A DNA stretch of 64,000 nucleotides from a virus. A program made the translations under genes and the position numbers. Positions 25,310 to 34,676 of this stretch are shown piece after piece. The stretch is from the IMG/VR virus record IMGVR_UViG_3300046459_000427, positions 32,001 to 96,000 of that record. The stretch is one strand, 5' to 3'. Each line of letters opens with the position of its first letter. Within the stretch, counting starts at the first letter, position 1. The notes under the pieces were generated by a model. It was not told the DNA's origin, searched no databases, and saw nothing but the letters and a program-made list of their open reading frames with translations.

Positions 25310-27288
25310 TACTTTGCCTCCGACCAGCGGTCCACGATCTTCACGTCGGAAGACAGCGGAACCTTGAGCAGTTTCTGAATGTCGTCGCCGAGCATGGCTT
25401 CCTTCACCAGAGCGGCGGCTTCCTCGGCGCGGTCCTCCGGAGCGAGCACCACGAGTTCGTCGTGCACGGAGAGGATCAGCCGGATCTCGTCCGGCAGGAT
25501 GTTGTTCAGCCGGATCATCGCCAACTTGATCAGGTCGGCAGCCGAGCCCTGGATGAGGCTGTTGACTGCCTGGCGCTCGGCACCCATGCGCAGGCCGTTG
25601 TTCTGCGACAGGATGAGCGGCAGGCGCCGCTTGCGGCCGAGCAGCGTGCGGATGTACGGGGGTCGGCGCGACCGGCAGACCCGGACGACTTCTTCCTTGA
25701 AGCGGTAGATCTCGGGGAACAACTTCTGGTGCATCTCCATGAAGCGCTTGGCTTCCTTGACGGAGATCTTCGCCATCGATGCGACCTTGTCCGGGCCTGC
25801 ACCGTAGACGACTGCGAAGTTGATTCCCTTGGCGACCTGGCGGAAGTCGATGCACTCCCGGTCGCCCGCCTTTACCCGCCGGATGAATTCCTGCGGGTCC
25901 ACTCCCATAAGAGCGGCAGCGGTGGCCGAGTGAGGGTCGACGCCGTTGTGGAAGCCCTTGTACAGATCGCCTCGGCCGATGAAGTGCGCGAGCACGACCA
26001 GTTCGATCTGTCCGTAGTCCGCGACGACCAGTTTGTATCCGGCCGGTGCCACGAACAGTCCACGGATTCGCTTGCCGAGTTCCGTGTCCGGGCGCGGGAT
26101 GTTCTGGAGGTTGGGTTCCCGGCAGGAGAATCGTCCGGTCACCGTTCCGTACTGGACGAAGTCGGCGTGGATCCGGCCGCCGAATATCCGGCAGGGCTTC
26201 TTCGGGTCATCTTCGACCCCGAGGTAGGACACCGGGTAGTCGATCAGCTTGCTGACTTCGGAGTACTCCAGCAGCTTCTTGACGACGGCGTTGTTCTCGT
26301 GCTTTTCCAGGCTGGCGGCGTCGGTGGAGTAGTCCTTCCACTCCAGCTCCTGCCCGGCCTCGCGCTTCTTCTTGCCGCCGTCGGTCGGCTTGGTGGGGCG
26401 CAGGCCCTGGCCGCCGTCCTTCTTGGGTGCGTACAGCACCTCGGCCTTCTGGGCCGGGGCGTTGAGATTGAACTGCTTGCCCGCAGCGCGGTAGATGTCC
26501 GCCTCGATGTCCACCAGGCGCTCGGACATGTCGCGGACCAGCTCGCGCATGGCCTGCTCGTCGACCGGTGCCCCGGTGATGCCCATGTCGAGCAGTACGC
26601 CGAGGACGTCCTCTTCCAGTCGCCGGACGTTGATCAGGTGCTGGTCGTCGATCCGCTTCTGGAACTTCTTCCAGAGCAGGTAGGTGTACTTCGCGTCCAT
26701 GTAGGCGTAGTGGCCCACCTTGGAGAAGGGGTGTGCCTCGACGCACTTGCCGACGTTCTCAGTGTCGTAGTCGACCTTGTAGTAGCGCTTGACGAGTTCC
26801 TTGAGGCCCTTCTGTTTCATGTTCTCGTCGAGGAGCCACTGAAGGACGATGGTGTCCGAGTACTTCGGGGGTGCGATCTCGCCCCAGTACTTCGCCGTGG
26901 AGATGAGGTCGAAGGTCGCGTTGTGCGCGATCTTGATCTTGTCCTCGGCGAAGAACAGCGGCTTGAGGATGGAGAACACCTCGGAGGGGAGCATCTGCTC
27001 CGGCGGGGCGTCGTAGACGGCCGGGATGTTGTCGAACTTCCCGGTGATCTTGTTCTTCTTCTTCGTGGCCTTGCTCAGCAGGACGTCGCCGTTGGGGTGG
27101 CCGAACGGAATGGCGTAGGCCTCACCGTCGGTGGCCAGGCTCATCCAGTTGGCGACGTTCTGTGTCGGGACTCCTCGGTTGGCGCCGAAGGTCTCGATGT
27201 CGAAAGCGAAGGCCGGGCGCTCCATGAAGCGCTCGACCAAAGTATGAAGTCGGTCGGGGGTGAGGATGACGCTGTTCCGGATGGTCAC
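25309..27288 (-). CDS. polA: DNA polymerase I family (3'-5' exonuclease + polymerase, no 5' nuclease)
   Basis: FDIET, HNATFD, YAYMD exo motifs; TGRFSCREPNLQNIP, ADYGQIEL, RQVAKGINFAVVYG, VHDE. Confidence 0.96.
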   Translation of the reverse strand: MTIRNSVILTPDRLHTLVERFMERPAFAFDIETFGANRGVPTQNVANWMSLATDGEAYAIPFGHPNGDVLLSKATKKKNKITGKFDNIPAVYDAPPEQMLPSEVFSILKPLFFAEDKIKIAHNATFDLISTAKYWGEIAPPKYSDTIVLQWLLDENMKQKGLKELVKRYYKVDYDTENVGKCVEAHPFSKVGHYAYMDAKYTYLLWKKFQKRIDDQHLINVRRLEEDVLGVLLDMGITGAPVDEQAMRELVRDMSERLVDIEADIYRAAGKQFNLNAPAQKAEVLYAPKKDGGQGLRPTKPTDGGKKKREAGQELEWKDYSTDAASLEKHENNAVVKKLLEYSEVSKLIDYPVSYLGVEDDPKKPCRIFGGRIHADFVQYGTVTGRFSCREPNLQNIPRPDTELGKRIRGLFVAPAGYKLVVADYGQIELVVLAHFIGRGDLYKGFHNGVDPHSATAAALMGVDPQEFIRRVKAGDRECIDFRQVAKGINFAVVYGAGPDKVASMAKISVKEAKRFMEMHQKLFPEIYRFKEEVVRVCRSRRPPYIRTLLGRKRRLPLILSQNNGLRMGAERQAVNSLIQGSAADLIKLAMIRLNNILPDEIRLILSVHDELVVLAPEDRAEEAAALVKEAMLGDDIQKLLKVPLSSDVKIVDRWSEAK

Positions 27289-27324
27289 GGGCGGTACCTC
27301 CAGGTGGTGTGGTGGGGAAGCTGA

Positions 27325-27359
27325 GGGGGAGGTCCCGGCGCGGTGCCAGAACCTCCCCC
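27325..27359 (-). terminator. hairpin between ssb-like gene and polA
   Basis: GGGGGAGGT / ACCTCCCCC inverted repeat. Confidence 0.55.
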
Positions 27360-27368
27360 GGAGGCTGA

Positions 27369-28178
27369 TCAGTCGTTCAGGATCTCGCGGGCGATCTGCT
27401 TGAGTTCGTTGCGCGTGTTCACCTGGAGGACGTCCTCGTCGTACGCCTTGTCGTCGAACTCCTCCAGGTCCTCCTCGGTCAGGGGCTCGACGTCCCAGTC
27501 ATCGAGGAGGTCCCGCTCCTTCACGGGGGTGATGTAGTAGGTCGTCTTGTTGTTCTTGGACTGCTTGGAGACGGAGAAGTACAGGTCGTCCCGGTTGATC
27601 GGCGCCGTCTTCTTGTCCTTGGAGTAGTTCTTGAGGATGTCCGCGACCATCGGGCCGAACTGCCAGATCTTGACCTGCGGGTCCTCGGGGTCGGTGAAGT
27701 CGACGACGTTGAAGCAGACCTGCTGGGAGGGCTTGTCGCCTGCGTCGTCGCACAGGGGGCAGCGGGACTCCAGGCACGTCCAGGACCGCTTGCCCTTGCG
27801 CTCGATCCAGTGCTGGAGGAAGACCAGGAACGGCTCCTCGTCGAGGATCTTCACGACCACGGCCTCGCCGGTCACCTTGAAGTTCTCGGGGAAGCCGGAC
27901 GTGGCGCTCTTGGTCTTCTCGTACGAGCCCCATCCCTTGCCGCCGACCTTCGGGGTGGGCTCGTCGTCCTCGTCGTCCTCCTGGGAGCGACGCGAGCGAC
28001 GGGAGGAGGTGTCGGCCTCCTCGGTATGAAGCGACTGGCGGCGCGAGCCACGGCGGGAGCCCCGGGCCGGACGCTCGTCCTCGTCGTCCTCCGGGAGGTT
28101 GTTGTCCTCCGGCTCGTCGGCGGGGGTGTAGGCCTCGGTGGACGCGGCGGTGCGGCGGCGGGTGAGGGTGCGGGGCAT
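27369..28178 (-). CDS. single-stranded DNA-binding protein (gp32-like, putative)
   Basis: QHW...TCLESRCPLC, FNVVD, KIWQFG, acidic tail; adjacent to polA; ATG 28178. Confidence 0.65.
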   Translation of the reverse strand: MPRTLTRRRTAASTEAYTPADEPEDNNLPEDDEDERPARGSRRGSRRQSLHTEEADTSSRRSRRSQEDDEDDEPTPKVGGKGWGSYEKTKSATSGFPENFKVTGEAVVVKILDEEPFLVFLQHWIERKGKRSWTCLESRCPLCDDAGDKPSQQVCFNVVDFTDPEDPQVKIWQFGPMVADILKNYSKDKKTAPINRDDLYFSVSKQSKNNKTTYYITPVKERDLLDDWDVEPLTEEDLEEFDDKAYDEDVLQVNTRNELKQIAREILND

Positions 28179-28417
28179 CAGGTGTTCTCCTGCTGGTAGA
28201 GGTGTACGTACGACTTGTTCTCGGCGGTGTTCAGCCGGGCCTCTTCGATGTCGGCCGCCAGTGAGGTGACCAGGTACTCGGAGGCGATCGTGTCCAGGTC
28301 CCCGAGCGTCTTGGCTGCGGGGAACTCCTCGGAGTCGACGGTGATCTCGGCACCGAATTCGACCCACTCGAAGTTGCCCATGGACACGTGGTGCTTGGCA
28401 CTGCGGGTGATCTTCAC
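28178..28417 (-). CDS. hypothetical protein
   Basis: 79 aa ORF coupled at both ends. Confidence 0.7.
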   Translation of the reverse strand: MKITRSAKHHVSMGNFEWVEFGAEITVDSEEFPAAKTLGDLDTIASEYLVTSLAADIEEARLNTAENKSYVHLYQQENT

Positions 28418-28875
28418 TGCTCGGCCAGCCGCTTGAAGAGGTCGATGACGCGGAGGGTGAAGTTGGTGCCCTTGATCGGCTTCTGGTGGGAGACCAGGAC
28501 GCCTTCCTCGTACGCGATGCGGACGATGCCCTCGACCTGCTCACGGGTGTAGAGGCGGCGTCGCCCGCGTACGTCGTCGTCCCGGCCGGGCGACTGGAAG
28601 GTGGACTTGGGGATAATCCCCTCGCGCTCCCACTTGCGGATGGTGACCGGCTGGCGGCCCAGGGCGCGGCCGAGCTGGCCGACGGTGAAGAACTCGGTCT
28701 CGACGCCGCCCACGTTGTACTTGCGGGGCTTGGCGTCCCAGTCGGCCGCCGAGGTGGCGGCCTGGGTATGAAGCCCGTTGCGGTTCTGGTGGCGGACGAT
28801 CGGCTTGGTGGATCCGGGGTAGAACTGCTCCCCGATCTCGGCGAAGTCCTGCTCGATGCTGGCGAGGGTGCTCAT
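28414..28875 (-). CDS. MerR-like HTH DNA-binding protein
   Basis: FTVGQLGRALGRQPVTIRKWEREGIIP...GRRRLYTREQV. Confidence 0.85.
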   Translation of the reverse strand: MSTLASIEQDFAEIGEQFYPGSTKPIVRHQNRNGLHTQAATSAADWDAKPRKYNVGGVETEFFTVGQLGRALGRQPVTIRKWEREGIIPKSTFQSPGRDDDVRGRRRLYTREQVEGIVRIAYEEGVLVSHQKPIKGTNFTLRVIDLFKRLAEQ

Positions 28876-28887
28876 GTGGTGGTTCTC

Positions 28888-29364
28888 CTAGCCCTGGAGC
28901 GGCTTGAACGCGTACGAGATGTTCTCGGTGAACAGGGCGTCGAGTTCCTCATCCGAGATGAGGCCCTCCTGGTTGAGGACGTACAACTCGTCCTGGTCCA
29001 GGACCGTGGTGGTGACTTCCTTGTAGACGCGGTCGCGGATGCCCTTCTCGTTGACCAGGGTCTCGACGGCGTCCTCATCCAGGCCGACGGAGGTGCGCTT
29101 CTCGCGCTTGACCTCGGTGAAGCGCTGGCCGTTGACCTCGATGGGGGCCGGGAGTTTCCAGAACTTGGAGCCCTTCTCGTCGGTCTCCCCGGTGGCGTCC
29201 ACGTAGGCGCTGATCTCGTCGCGCAGGTGGTTCTTGCGGGTGACTACCTGGGTCTCCTGGAACTTCAGGATCAGGAACTGTCGGACCTTCTCGATGGGGT
29301 TCTCGGGGTCGAGGTTGATGGGCTTCTCGACCCGGCGGGTGGTGCGTCTCTGGACGGTAGCCAT
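28888..29364 (-). CDS. hypothetical protein
   Basis: 158 aa ORF with own promoter. Confidence 0.8.
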   Translation of the reverse strand: MATVQRRTTRRVEKPINLDPENPIEKVRQFLILKFQETQVVTRKNHLRDEISAYVDATGETDEKGSKFWKLPAPIEVNGQRFTEVKREKRTSVGLDEDAVETLVNEKGIRDRVYKEVTTTVLDQDELYVLNQEGLISDEELDALFTENISYAFKPLQG

Positions 29365-29412
29365 AGAGCGTGGGCTCTCTTTCTTCCGGAGTAGTTGGTC
29401 GATCGAGTAGTG

Positions 29413-29441
29413 ACTCTACACTACCGATTCGAAGTTGTCGA
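29413..29441 (-). promoter_or_regulatory. sigma-70 promoter
   Basis: minus strand TCGACA-17 nt-TAGAGT. Confidence 0.7.
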
Positions 29442-29448
29442 TTCTTGA

Positions 29449-29802
29449 TTACGCCTTCTTGAAGGCATCCCGGAACGCCTGGCGGGCAGCGTAGCGGCGG
29501 GCCGCTTCGTCCTTCTGGTCACGGCGGAGGACCGTCTCGGCCACGTCCTGGTAGACGGTGACGACGCGCTTCTCTTCCGGGTCGACGACGGCCACGAGGT
29601 CCCCCCGGATGTGCCGAACCTGTCCAGGAACGCGGCCCGAGGGGTAGGTATGAAGCGGCTCGTTTGCCGCGAGGAGAACGTCCGCGCTGCTCCAGCCCTT
29701 GGCGGCGGCCTGCTGCTGCGCGTGGTGGGTCAGCCGGTAGGTCGGTGCGTCAGTGACGGCTGCGGACCAGGTGATGCCAAGGGTCTCTGCGATGGTGGCC
29801 AT
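29449..29802 (-). CDS. DUF4258-like protein (toxin/RNase-like fold, putative)
   Basis: YRLTHHAQQQAAAKGWSSADV...P...VAVVD...VVTVY pattern. Confidence 0.65.
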   Translation of the reverse strand: MATIAETLGITWSAAVTDAPTYRLTHHAQQQAAAKGWSSADVLLAANEPLHTYPSGRVPGQVRHIRGDLVAVVDPEEKRVVTVYQDVAETVLRRDQKDEAARRYAARQAFRDAFKKA

Positions 29803-29847
29803 CTCGGTCTCCTCTGTTCGATGTCTTGTTCGAACCTTGTGAGGAAG

Positions 29848-29876
29848 ACACTACGTAGCCTCCTGGCATATGTCAA
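29848..29876 (-). promoter_or_regulatory. sigma-70 promoter
   Basis: minus strand TTGACA-17 nt-TAGTGT. Confidence 0.85.
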
Positions 29877-29903
29877 CGACTTTGCGTCATCCGATTGACA
29901 AGT

Positions 29904-30038
29904 TCACCAGCGGTCGGCGACGGCACCACGACGAGCGAGCCGGACGGGGGTCAGATCCCAGTCGTCCTGCTCCTCGGGAGGGCGTATGACGTCCTCCAGC
30001 CCCTCACGGAGCAGGACGTCGAGCGGTTCTTCTCGCAT
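29904..30038 (-). CDS. small hypothetical protein (44 aa, not in ORF track)
   Basis: MREEPLDVLLREGLEDVIRPPEEQDDWDLTPVRLARRGAVADRW; no SD, possibly leaderless. Confidence 0.45.
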   Translation of the reverse strand: MREEPLDVLLREGLEDVIRPPEEQDDWDLTPVRLARRGAVADRW

Positions 30039-30103
30039 AGCTTGATATTGCCATGGAGTTACGGCTTTAGAACCACTCGACGTCCCTCATGAGATCCTGG
30101 AAG

Positions 30104-31747
30104 TTACGCCGCTTCCAGGCACTGCGTCAGCGTCACCAGGTCGTTCTCGATGCGCCCCTTGCCATCCGCACCACGGCCGTCGGTGATGGCCGAACCCACC
30201 CGCCTCTTGTGCGCGAGCATGGCGTACTTCCTGGGCTCGGTGGTGCCCTGCGTGATCGCGTTCAGCACGTAGATGTTCTTGAACCCGCTGCTCGCCCGGT
30301 TGTGCCTGGCGTTGATCTGGTCCTGTTTGCCGGACGACCAGGCGAGGTCGTAGTTGATCAGGTAGTTCGCCATCCACAGGTCCGTCCCGAAGGCTCCGGC
30401 GTGGCTGGACAGGAACACCCGGCAGCCCTCCTCCGTCTCGAACCGGCTCGCCGCGTAGGCCTTCGCTCCGGCGCTCATCCGGCCCGTGTACGTGACGGCC
30501 ACACCCTCCGGCAGACGCTCGGCGATCAGGTCGAGCATGTCCGGGTTGACCGAGAAGACGATCACCTTGTTCTTCGGCGTGGCCAGGATGTCCGTCACTG
30601 TCTCCACGACCGCGTCCAGTTTAGGGGTAGAGGTGACCTCGTCGAGCACGCCGTCCTGCCACACCTCGTAGGCGTACTTCGAGCCGGGCCAGGTCTTCTT
30701 CTCGGCCCCTCCCTGCCTCGCCGTCTCGCTCTCCTCATACCGCTGCCCGGACATCACAATGAGGTCCGGGTGGTTCAGCAGCATGTCGAGCGCCTGCATG
30801 CGGGACATGATCTTGCCCTGCTGGCTGTTCTCGTTCGGGGTGTCCCCTCCGTGGTAGTGGGCGAACAAGTCGAAGTCCGTCGTGTTGGGTCCGAGCGCGT
30901 GCAGCTCGGCCAGCAGGTCGGCGGAGATCCGCTTGTAGGCCTTCTTCGTCTTGGCGTCCAGCGTCACCGGGATGGCGCTCTCCTGGACCTGCGGCAGGTA
31001 CGGCTTGACGTCCTCGTCCATGCGGGTCTTACGCACCATGGCGTCGGCCAGTTTCGCGTGCAGGACAGGCAGGTTCTTGTAGTGCTGCACTCCCCCGAAC
31101 TTGTTGCGGACGATGTAGGTCTTGTCGTACAGGTCGAACCGGCCCAGCACCGTCTCGTCGACCCACTGCATGATGCTGAACAACTCCTCCGGCCGCCCGT
31201 TCTCCACCGGGGTGCCGGTCAGCGCGTACCGGTACGGCGCGGTCAGCCTCTTGATCTTCCGGGTGCGCTGCGCCTTGAACGTCTTGATCGCGGTCGCCTC
31301 GTCCAGGACGATGCACTCCGGCTTGATCCGGCGGACGTAGTTCCAGTCATTGACGACGTTCTCGTAGCCCATGATCACGAAGTCCGGCCGGTACGTCTTC
31401 ACCTTGACGTACTGACCGGCCCGCTTCTTGGTGTCGCCGTCGATGAGGATGCAGTAGTCCTCCGTCGGCACGGTGATCTCCTGGGTCTGGCCGTCCTCGC
31501 GCACCTTGATGACCCGGGTGGGCACGTCGGTGAGTTTGGCGATCTGCTTGGCCCACTGGTACTTCAGCGAGGCCGGGACCACGATGACGGCGGTCTCGAC
31601 CTCGCCCTCGGCCAGCAGCTCCTCGATGGCGGCCAGGGCGATGGGTGTCTTGCCCAGGCCCATCTCGTAGGCGATGAGGAGCGACCCGCGCTCGACGGCG
31701 CGGGCCACAGCATCCTCTTGGTACGGGTGCAGGTCGATGTTCAGCAC
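30104..31747 (-). CDS. SNF2-family (SF2) helicase
   Basis: LHPYQ, EMGLGKT, VLDEA, ALTGTP, QINARHNR; GTG 31747. Confidence 0.92.
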   Translation of the reverse strand: MLNIDLHPYQEDAVARAVERGSLLIAYEMGLGKTPIALAAIEELLAEGEVETAVIVVPASLKYQWAKQIAKLTDVPTRVIKVREDGQTQEITVPTEDYCILIDGDTKKRAGQYVKVKTYRPDFVIMGYENVVNDWNYVRRIKPECIVLDEATAIKTFKAQRTRKIKRLTAPYRYALTGTPVENGRPEELFSIMQWVDETVLGRFDLYDKTYIVRNKFGGVQHYKNLPVLHAKLADAMVRKTRMDEDVKPYLPQVQESAIPVTLDAKTKKAYKRISADLLAELHALGPNTTDFDLFAHYHGGDTPNENSQQGKIMSRMQALDMLLNHPDLIVMSGQRYEESETARQGGAEKKTWPGSKYAYEVWQDGVLDEVTSTPKLDAVVETVTDILATPKNKVIVFSVNPDMLDLIAERLPEGVAVTYTGRMSAGAKAYAASRFETEEGCRVFLSSHAGAFGTDLWMANYLINYDLAWSSGKQDQINARHNRASSGFKNIYVLNAITQGTTEPRKYAMLAHKRRVGSAITDGRGADGKGRIENDLVTLTQCLEAA

Positions 31748-32034
31748 TGGCTGTACTGCCGGTCGAACTGGCCCCGGGTGCGCGGGCGCCTCGCGAAGGG
31801 GACGCCCGGGGTGTAGTGACCCTCCTGGATGTGGTCCGGGTTGGCGCACATCCGGCGGGTGCACGCGCGGTGCTTCTGCCCGGCCCCTCCGGTGATGAAC
31901 GACAGCAGGCTCTGGCCCCGGTAGGTGGGCCGTGTCGCGGTCGACTGGAAGATCAGGCAGGTGGAGTCCGGGTCGGCCTCGACGCGGTCCCAGAAGGCCT
32001 GTCCCAGGTGCTCGTAGCCGTCAGGCGCCAGCAT
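31741..32034 (-). CDS. HNH/His-Cys-box-like small protein (possibly degenerate)
   Basis: FWDRV...TCLIF...HRACTRRMCANPDHI. Confidence 0.6.
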   Translation of the reverse strand: MLAPDGYEHLGQAFWDRVEADPDSTCLIFQSTATRPTYRGQSLLSFITGGAGQKHRACTRRMCANPDHIQEGHYTPGVPFARRPRTRGQFDRQYSQC

Positions 32035-32218
32035 TCGCGGCCTCCTGGTGCGTCATGTGGAAGCCGTGGCACTTGGGGCACTCGTAGACGCGCACCGGCA
32101 GGAACTCCCGGGTGCTGTCCTTCTTGCGCTGGATCCGCTGCATGTCAAGCAGCGCGGAGACGCGGTCGGGGAAGCGGCGCTTGCCGCAGGTATGAAGTCG
32201 TCGCTTGTTGTAGGGCAT
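32021..32218 (-). CDS. small zinc-finger protein
   Basis: CGKRRF...RVYECPKCHGFHMT. Confidence 0.75.
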   Translation of the reverse strand: MPYNKRRLHTCGKRRFPDRVSALLDMQRIQRKKDSTREFLPVRVYECPKCHGFHMTHQEAANAGA

Positions 32219-32228
32219 GACGGGCTCC

Positions 32229-33185
32229 TTAGAACCGTGCGAGCACGGATGAGTAGGCGTTGTCGACGGCGTAGGTGATCTCGCTGTCGGTCATGTCTCC
32301 GGGGTCCTTGGCGGACGTCTTGGAGTAGTCGAGGAAGCGCAGGGTCAGGCCTCGGCCGGTCCACTCCTTGCGCAGCCGGGCGCAGGCCTCGGTCCCGGCC
32401 TTGTCGTTGTCAAGGGCGATGACGACGGTGTCGAAGTGGTCGCGGATCAGGGACATCTGGGCGTCGGAGACTCCGGCGCCGAAGGAGGCCAGCCCGGCCT
32501 TGTATCCCGCCGCGTGCAGCCGGGCCACGTCGAGAGGCGACTCGACCAGGATGGCGAGGTCGTCCTCGTAGGTATGAAGCCCGAAGAGGGTCTTCGACTT
32601 CGTCATGGAGTTGGGCCGGTTGCGGAAGTAGCGGGAGTTCTTCTCCTGCCAGCCCCAGAGCATGCCCGTCTCCGGGCAGCGGACCGGGACGATCCACATC
32701 TCGCGCTTGGCGTCCCACAGGACCTCGCAGGCGTCCGCGCTGGCGGGCCAGAACTTCCGCTCTACGCACTCCTCGTAGGGCGGGGAGACGAACAGGGCCA
32801 GGGAGGCCTCATTGATGTGCTTGGTCGTGTCGACCTGGCTGGGCTGCTTCTTCGCCAGGAACCGCTTCACCCGCTCGATGCCGCCACGGGAGCGGACCCA
32901 GGCGACTGCGTCGGCGTGCGGGATGTCCAGGACGTCGCGGACGAGGACGACGAACGGTCCTCGGTATCCGCAGGAGAAGCAGTTGAAATATCCTTCGTCG
33001 GATCGAATAGAAAATGATGGGTGCTTGTCTTTCTTTCCGGTGCGCGCCTCATGCATGGGGCACGGCATGTGAATCTCGTACTCCTGGACCTTGTAGTCCA
33101 GGCCGATCTCGTCCAGGCAGGCGATTACGTTGCCGGGAATGGGGGTGCCTACGGCATCCCATCCCTTGGCCTTCGCTCGAACCAT
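32229..33185 (-). CDS. dnaG: DNA primase (CHC2 zinc finger + TOPRIM)
   Basis: CPMH...FNCFSCG; LVESPLD; IALDNDKAG; KDPGD. Confidence 0.92.
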   Translation of the reverse strand: MVRAKAKGWDAVGTPIPGNVIACLDEIGLDYKVQEYEIHMPCPMHEARTGKKDKHPSFSIRSDEGYFNCFSCGYRGPFVVLVRDVLDIPHADAVAWVRSRGGIERVKRFLAKKQPSQVDTTKHINEASLALFVSPPYEECVERKFWPASADACEVLWDAKREMWIVPVRCPETGMLWGWQEKNSRYFRNRPNSMTKSKTLFGLHTYEDDLAILVESPLDVARLHAAGYKAGLASFGAGVSDAQMSLIRDHFDTVVIALDNDKAGTEACARLRKEWTGRGLTLRFLDYSKTSAKDPGDMTDSEITYAVDNAYSSVLARF

Positions 33186-33190
33186 TACTG

Positions 33191-33433
33191 CTACCTCATT
33201 CCCAGTCGGGCACGCATTGCCCAGTAGATATCCTGCGAATCCCGGCGATCCCAGAAGGTGCCATAGATGGTGTAGTCGAAGCCGTGCATTCCCCGGAGTT
33301 TGTACGCCTGTTCCACGTACGTGAGATTCCAGTCACGGGGATTTCGGTCGTTCTCGCGGCACCAGAAGAGGAATTCCCGGTAGTTCCCGGCGAGGACCAC
33401 CAGCCGGGGCTCAGAAGGCGCCGACGTATCCAT
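33191..33433 (-). CDS. hypothetical protein
   Basis: 80 aa ORF with GAGGAG RBS between dnaB and primase. Confidence 0.6.
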   Translation of the reverse strand: MDTSAPSEPRLVVLAGNYREFLFWCRENDRNPRDWNLTYVEQAYKLRGMHGFDYTIYGTFWDRRDSQDIYWAMRARLGMR

Positions 33434-34676
33434 CGGTGTTCTCCTCGTCCATGGCGAACGGGTCCTCGTTCAGTTCCTCGAACTTGCCGGTCTCCCAGTC
33501 CCACTGGCAGTAGGTCTCCAGGGGCGGGCAGTTTCGGGCCAGGACGACCTTGATCTTGTTGATGTTCGCGTCCTCGGTGGACTCGACACCGAGGATCACG
33601 TCGGAGTCCTGGGCGAAGGAGGACGAATACCCGATGGAGTCGGATGTGATGCCCTTCTTCTTGTTCATCTTCCATTCCAGGACCTGCGTGGAAATGACGA
33701 TCGGGAGTTGCAGGTTCTTCGCCATGCGCTTGAATCCCCGGGTGAGGTTAGTGAGCGCCTGACTGGATCCCTGAGCCTCGCCGAGTTCGTCCTGCATCAT
33801 GTAGATGCCGTCCACGAATACGATCGTCGGCCGGATGTTGTCGATCTTCGACTGGACACCGGTAAGTGTCGTCGCACTCATGGAGTCCGAGGAAAGGAAG
33901 AACGAGGGCATGGCCTCGATTTCCCGAAGAGCCCTTTCGAGTTTGTCCCACTCGGCTTTCTTTAGCGTGCCGTTCCGCAGCCGGGCGTGAGAAATCCCCG
34001 CGCGGATGGCGTCGAAGCGCTCCTCCTGCTCCTCGTTGCTCATCTCGAAGCCGATGAACAGCGGGCGCTCGCCGTGCAGGTGCGCAGCCATGGCGGCCAG
34101 CAGCAGCAGGGTCGACTTACCGGCCTTCGGCGGGCCGACGAAGGTGACCAACTGTTCCTTCTGGAGGCCCTGGGTGGCCCTGTCGATCGTGTTGAAGCCG
34201 GTGGGGATGCCCCGGAGCCCGTCGGGCAGGTCCTTGAGCGTGAGGTAGCGCGCAAGGCGTGCCTGGCCGGTCTCGGTCAGGTCGGTGTCGCGGGCGTTGG
34301 GTACTGCCGAGGCGATGGAGGCCAGCGTGCGCGCGAGCGCTTCCATGGCGCCGTTGGCGTTGCCCTCTTCGTGTGCGTCGACCGAGTCGGCCAGGCCCTG
34401 CTCCAGCAGGGCCAAAGTATGAAGTTCCCGCAGCCGGTCAGTCAGCACGTTCATGCTGTCCTCGACCTTGACGAACCGGTAGGTCGGGAAGTCCGTCTTG
34501 ATCGTGGCCAGGGACGGGACCTCGCCGTAGGTGCCCTTGTGCCGCAGGATCGCCTTGAAGACGGCCTTGTTGTCGGGGTCGCCGAAGAAGTCGGGGGTGA
34601 TGCCCGCGTCCGCTACGTCGGCCAGGTCCTTGTCCTGGATGACGCGGGAGACGAGCAACCGCTCGAAGTCCGCCAC
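33411..34676 (-). CDS. dnaB: replicative DNA helicase
   Basis: GIPTGF, GPPKAGKS, FEMS, FVDGIY, ISTQ, SSFAQDSDV, LARN; GTG 34676. Confidence 0.92.
   Translation of the reverse strand: MADFERLLVSRVIQDKDLADVADAGITPDFFGDPDNKAVFKAILRHKGTYGEVPSLATIKTDFPTYRFVKVEDSMNVLTDRLRELHTLALLEQGLADSVDAHEEGNANGAMEALARTLASIASAVPNARDTDLTETGQARLARYLTLKDLPDGLRGIPTGFNTIDRATQGLQKEQLVTFVGPPKAGKSTLLLLAAMAAHLHGERPLFIGFEMSNEEQEERFDAIRAGISHARLRNGTLKKAEWDKLERALREIEAMPSFFLSSDSMSATTLTGVQSKIDNIRPTIVFVDGIYMMQDELGEAQGSSQALTNLTRGFKRMAKNLQLPIVISTQVLEWKMNKKKGITSDSIGYSSSFAQDSDVILGVESTEDANINKIKVVLARNCPPLETYCQWDWETGKFEELNEDPFAMDEENTDGYVGAF

Noticed and set aside
21074-34676. Inteins or introns in recA, nrdJ, polA, helicases
   Set aside because: Lengths are normal and motifs are contiguous; no intein splice motifs or frame breaks seen.
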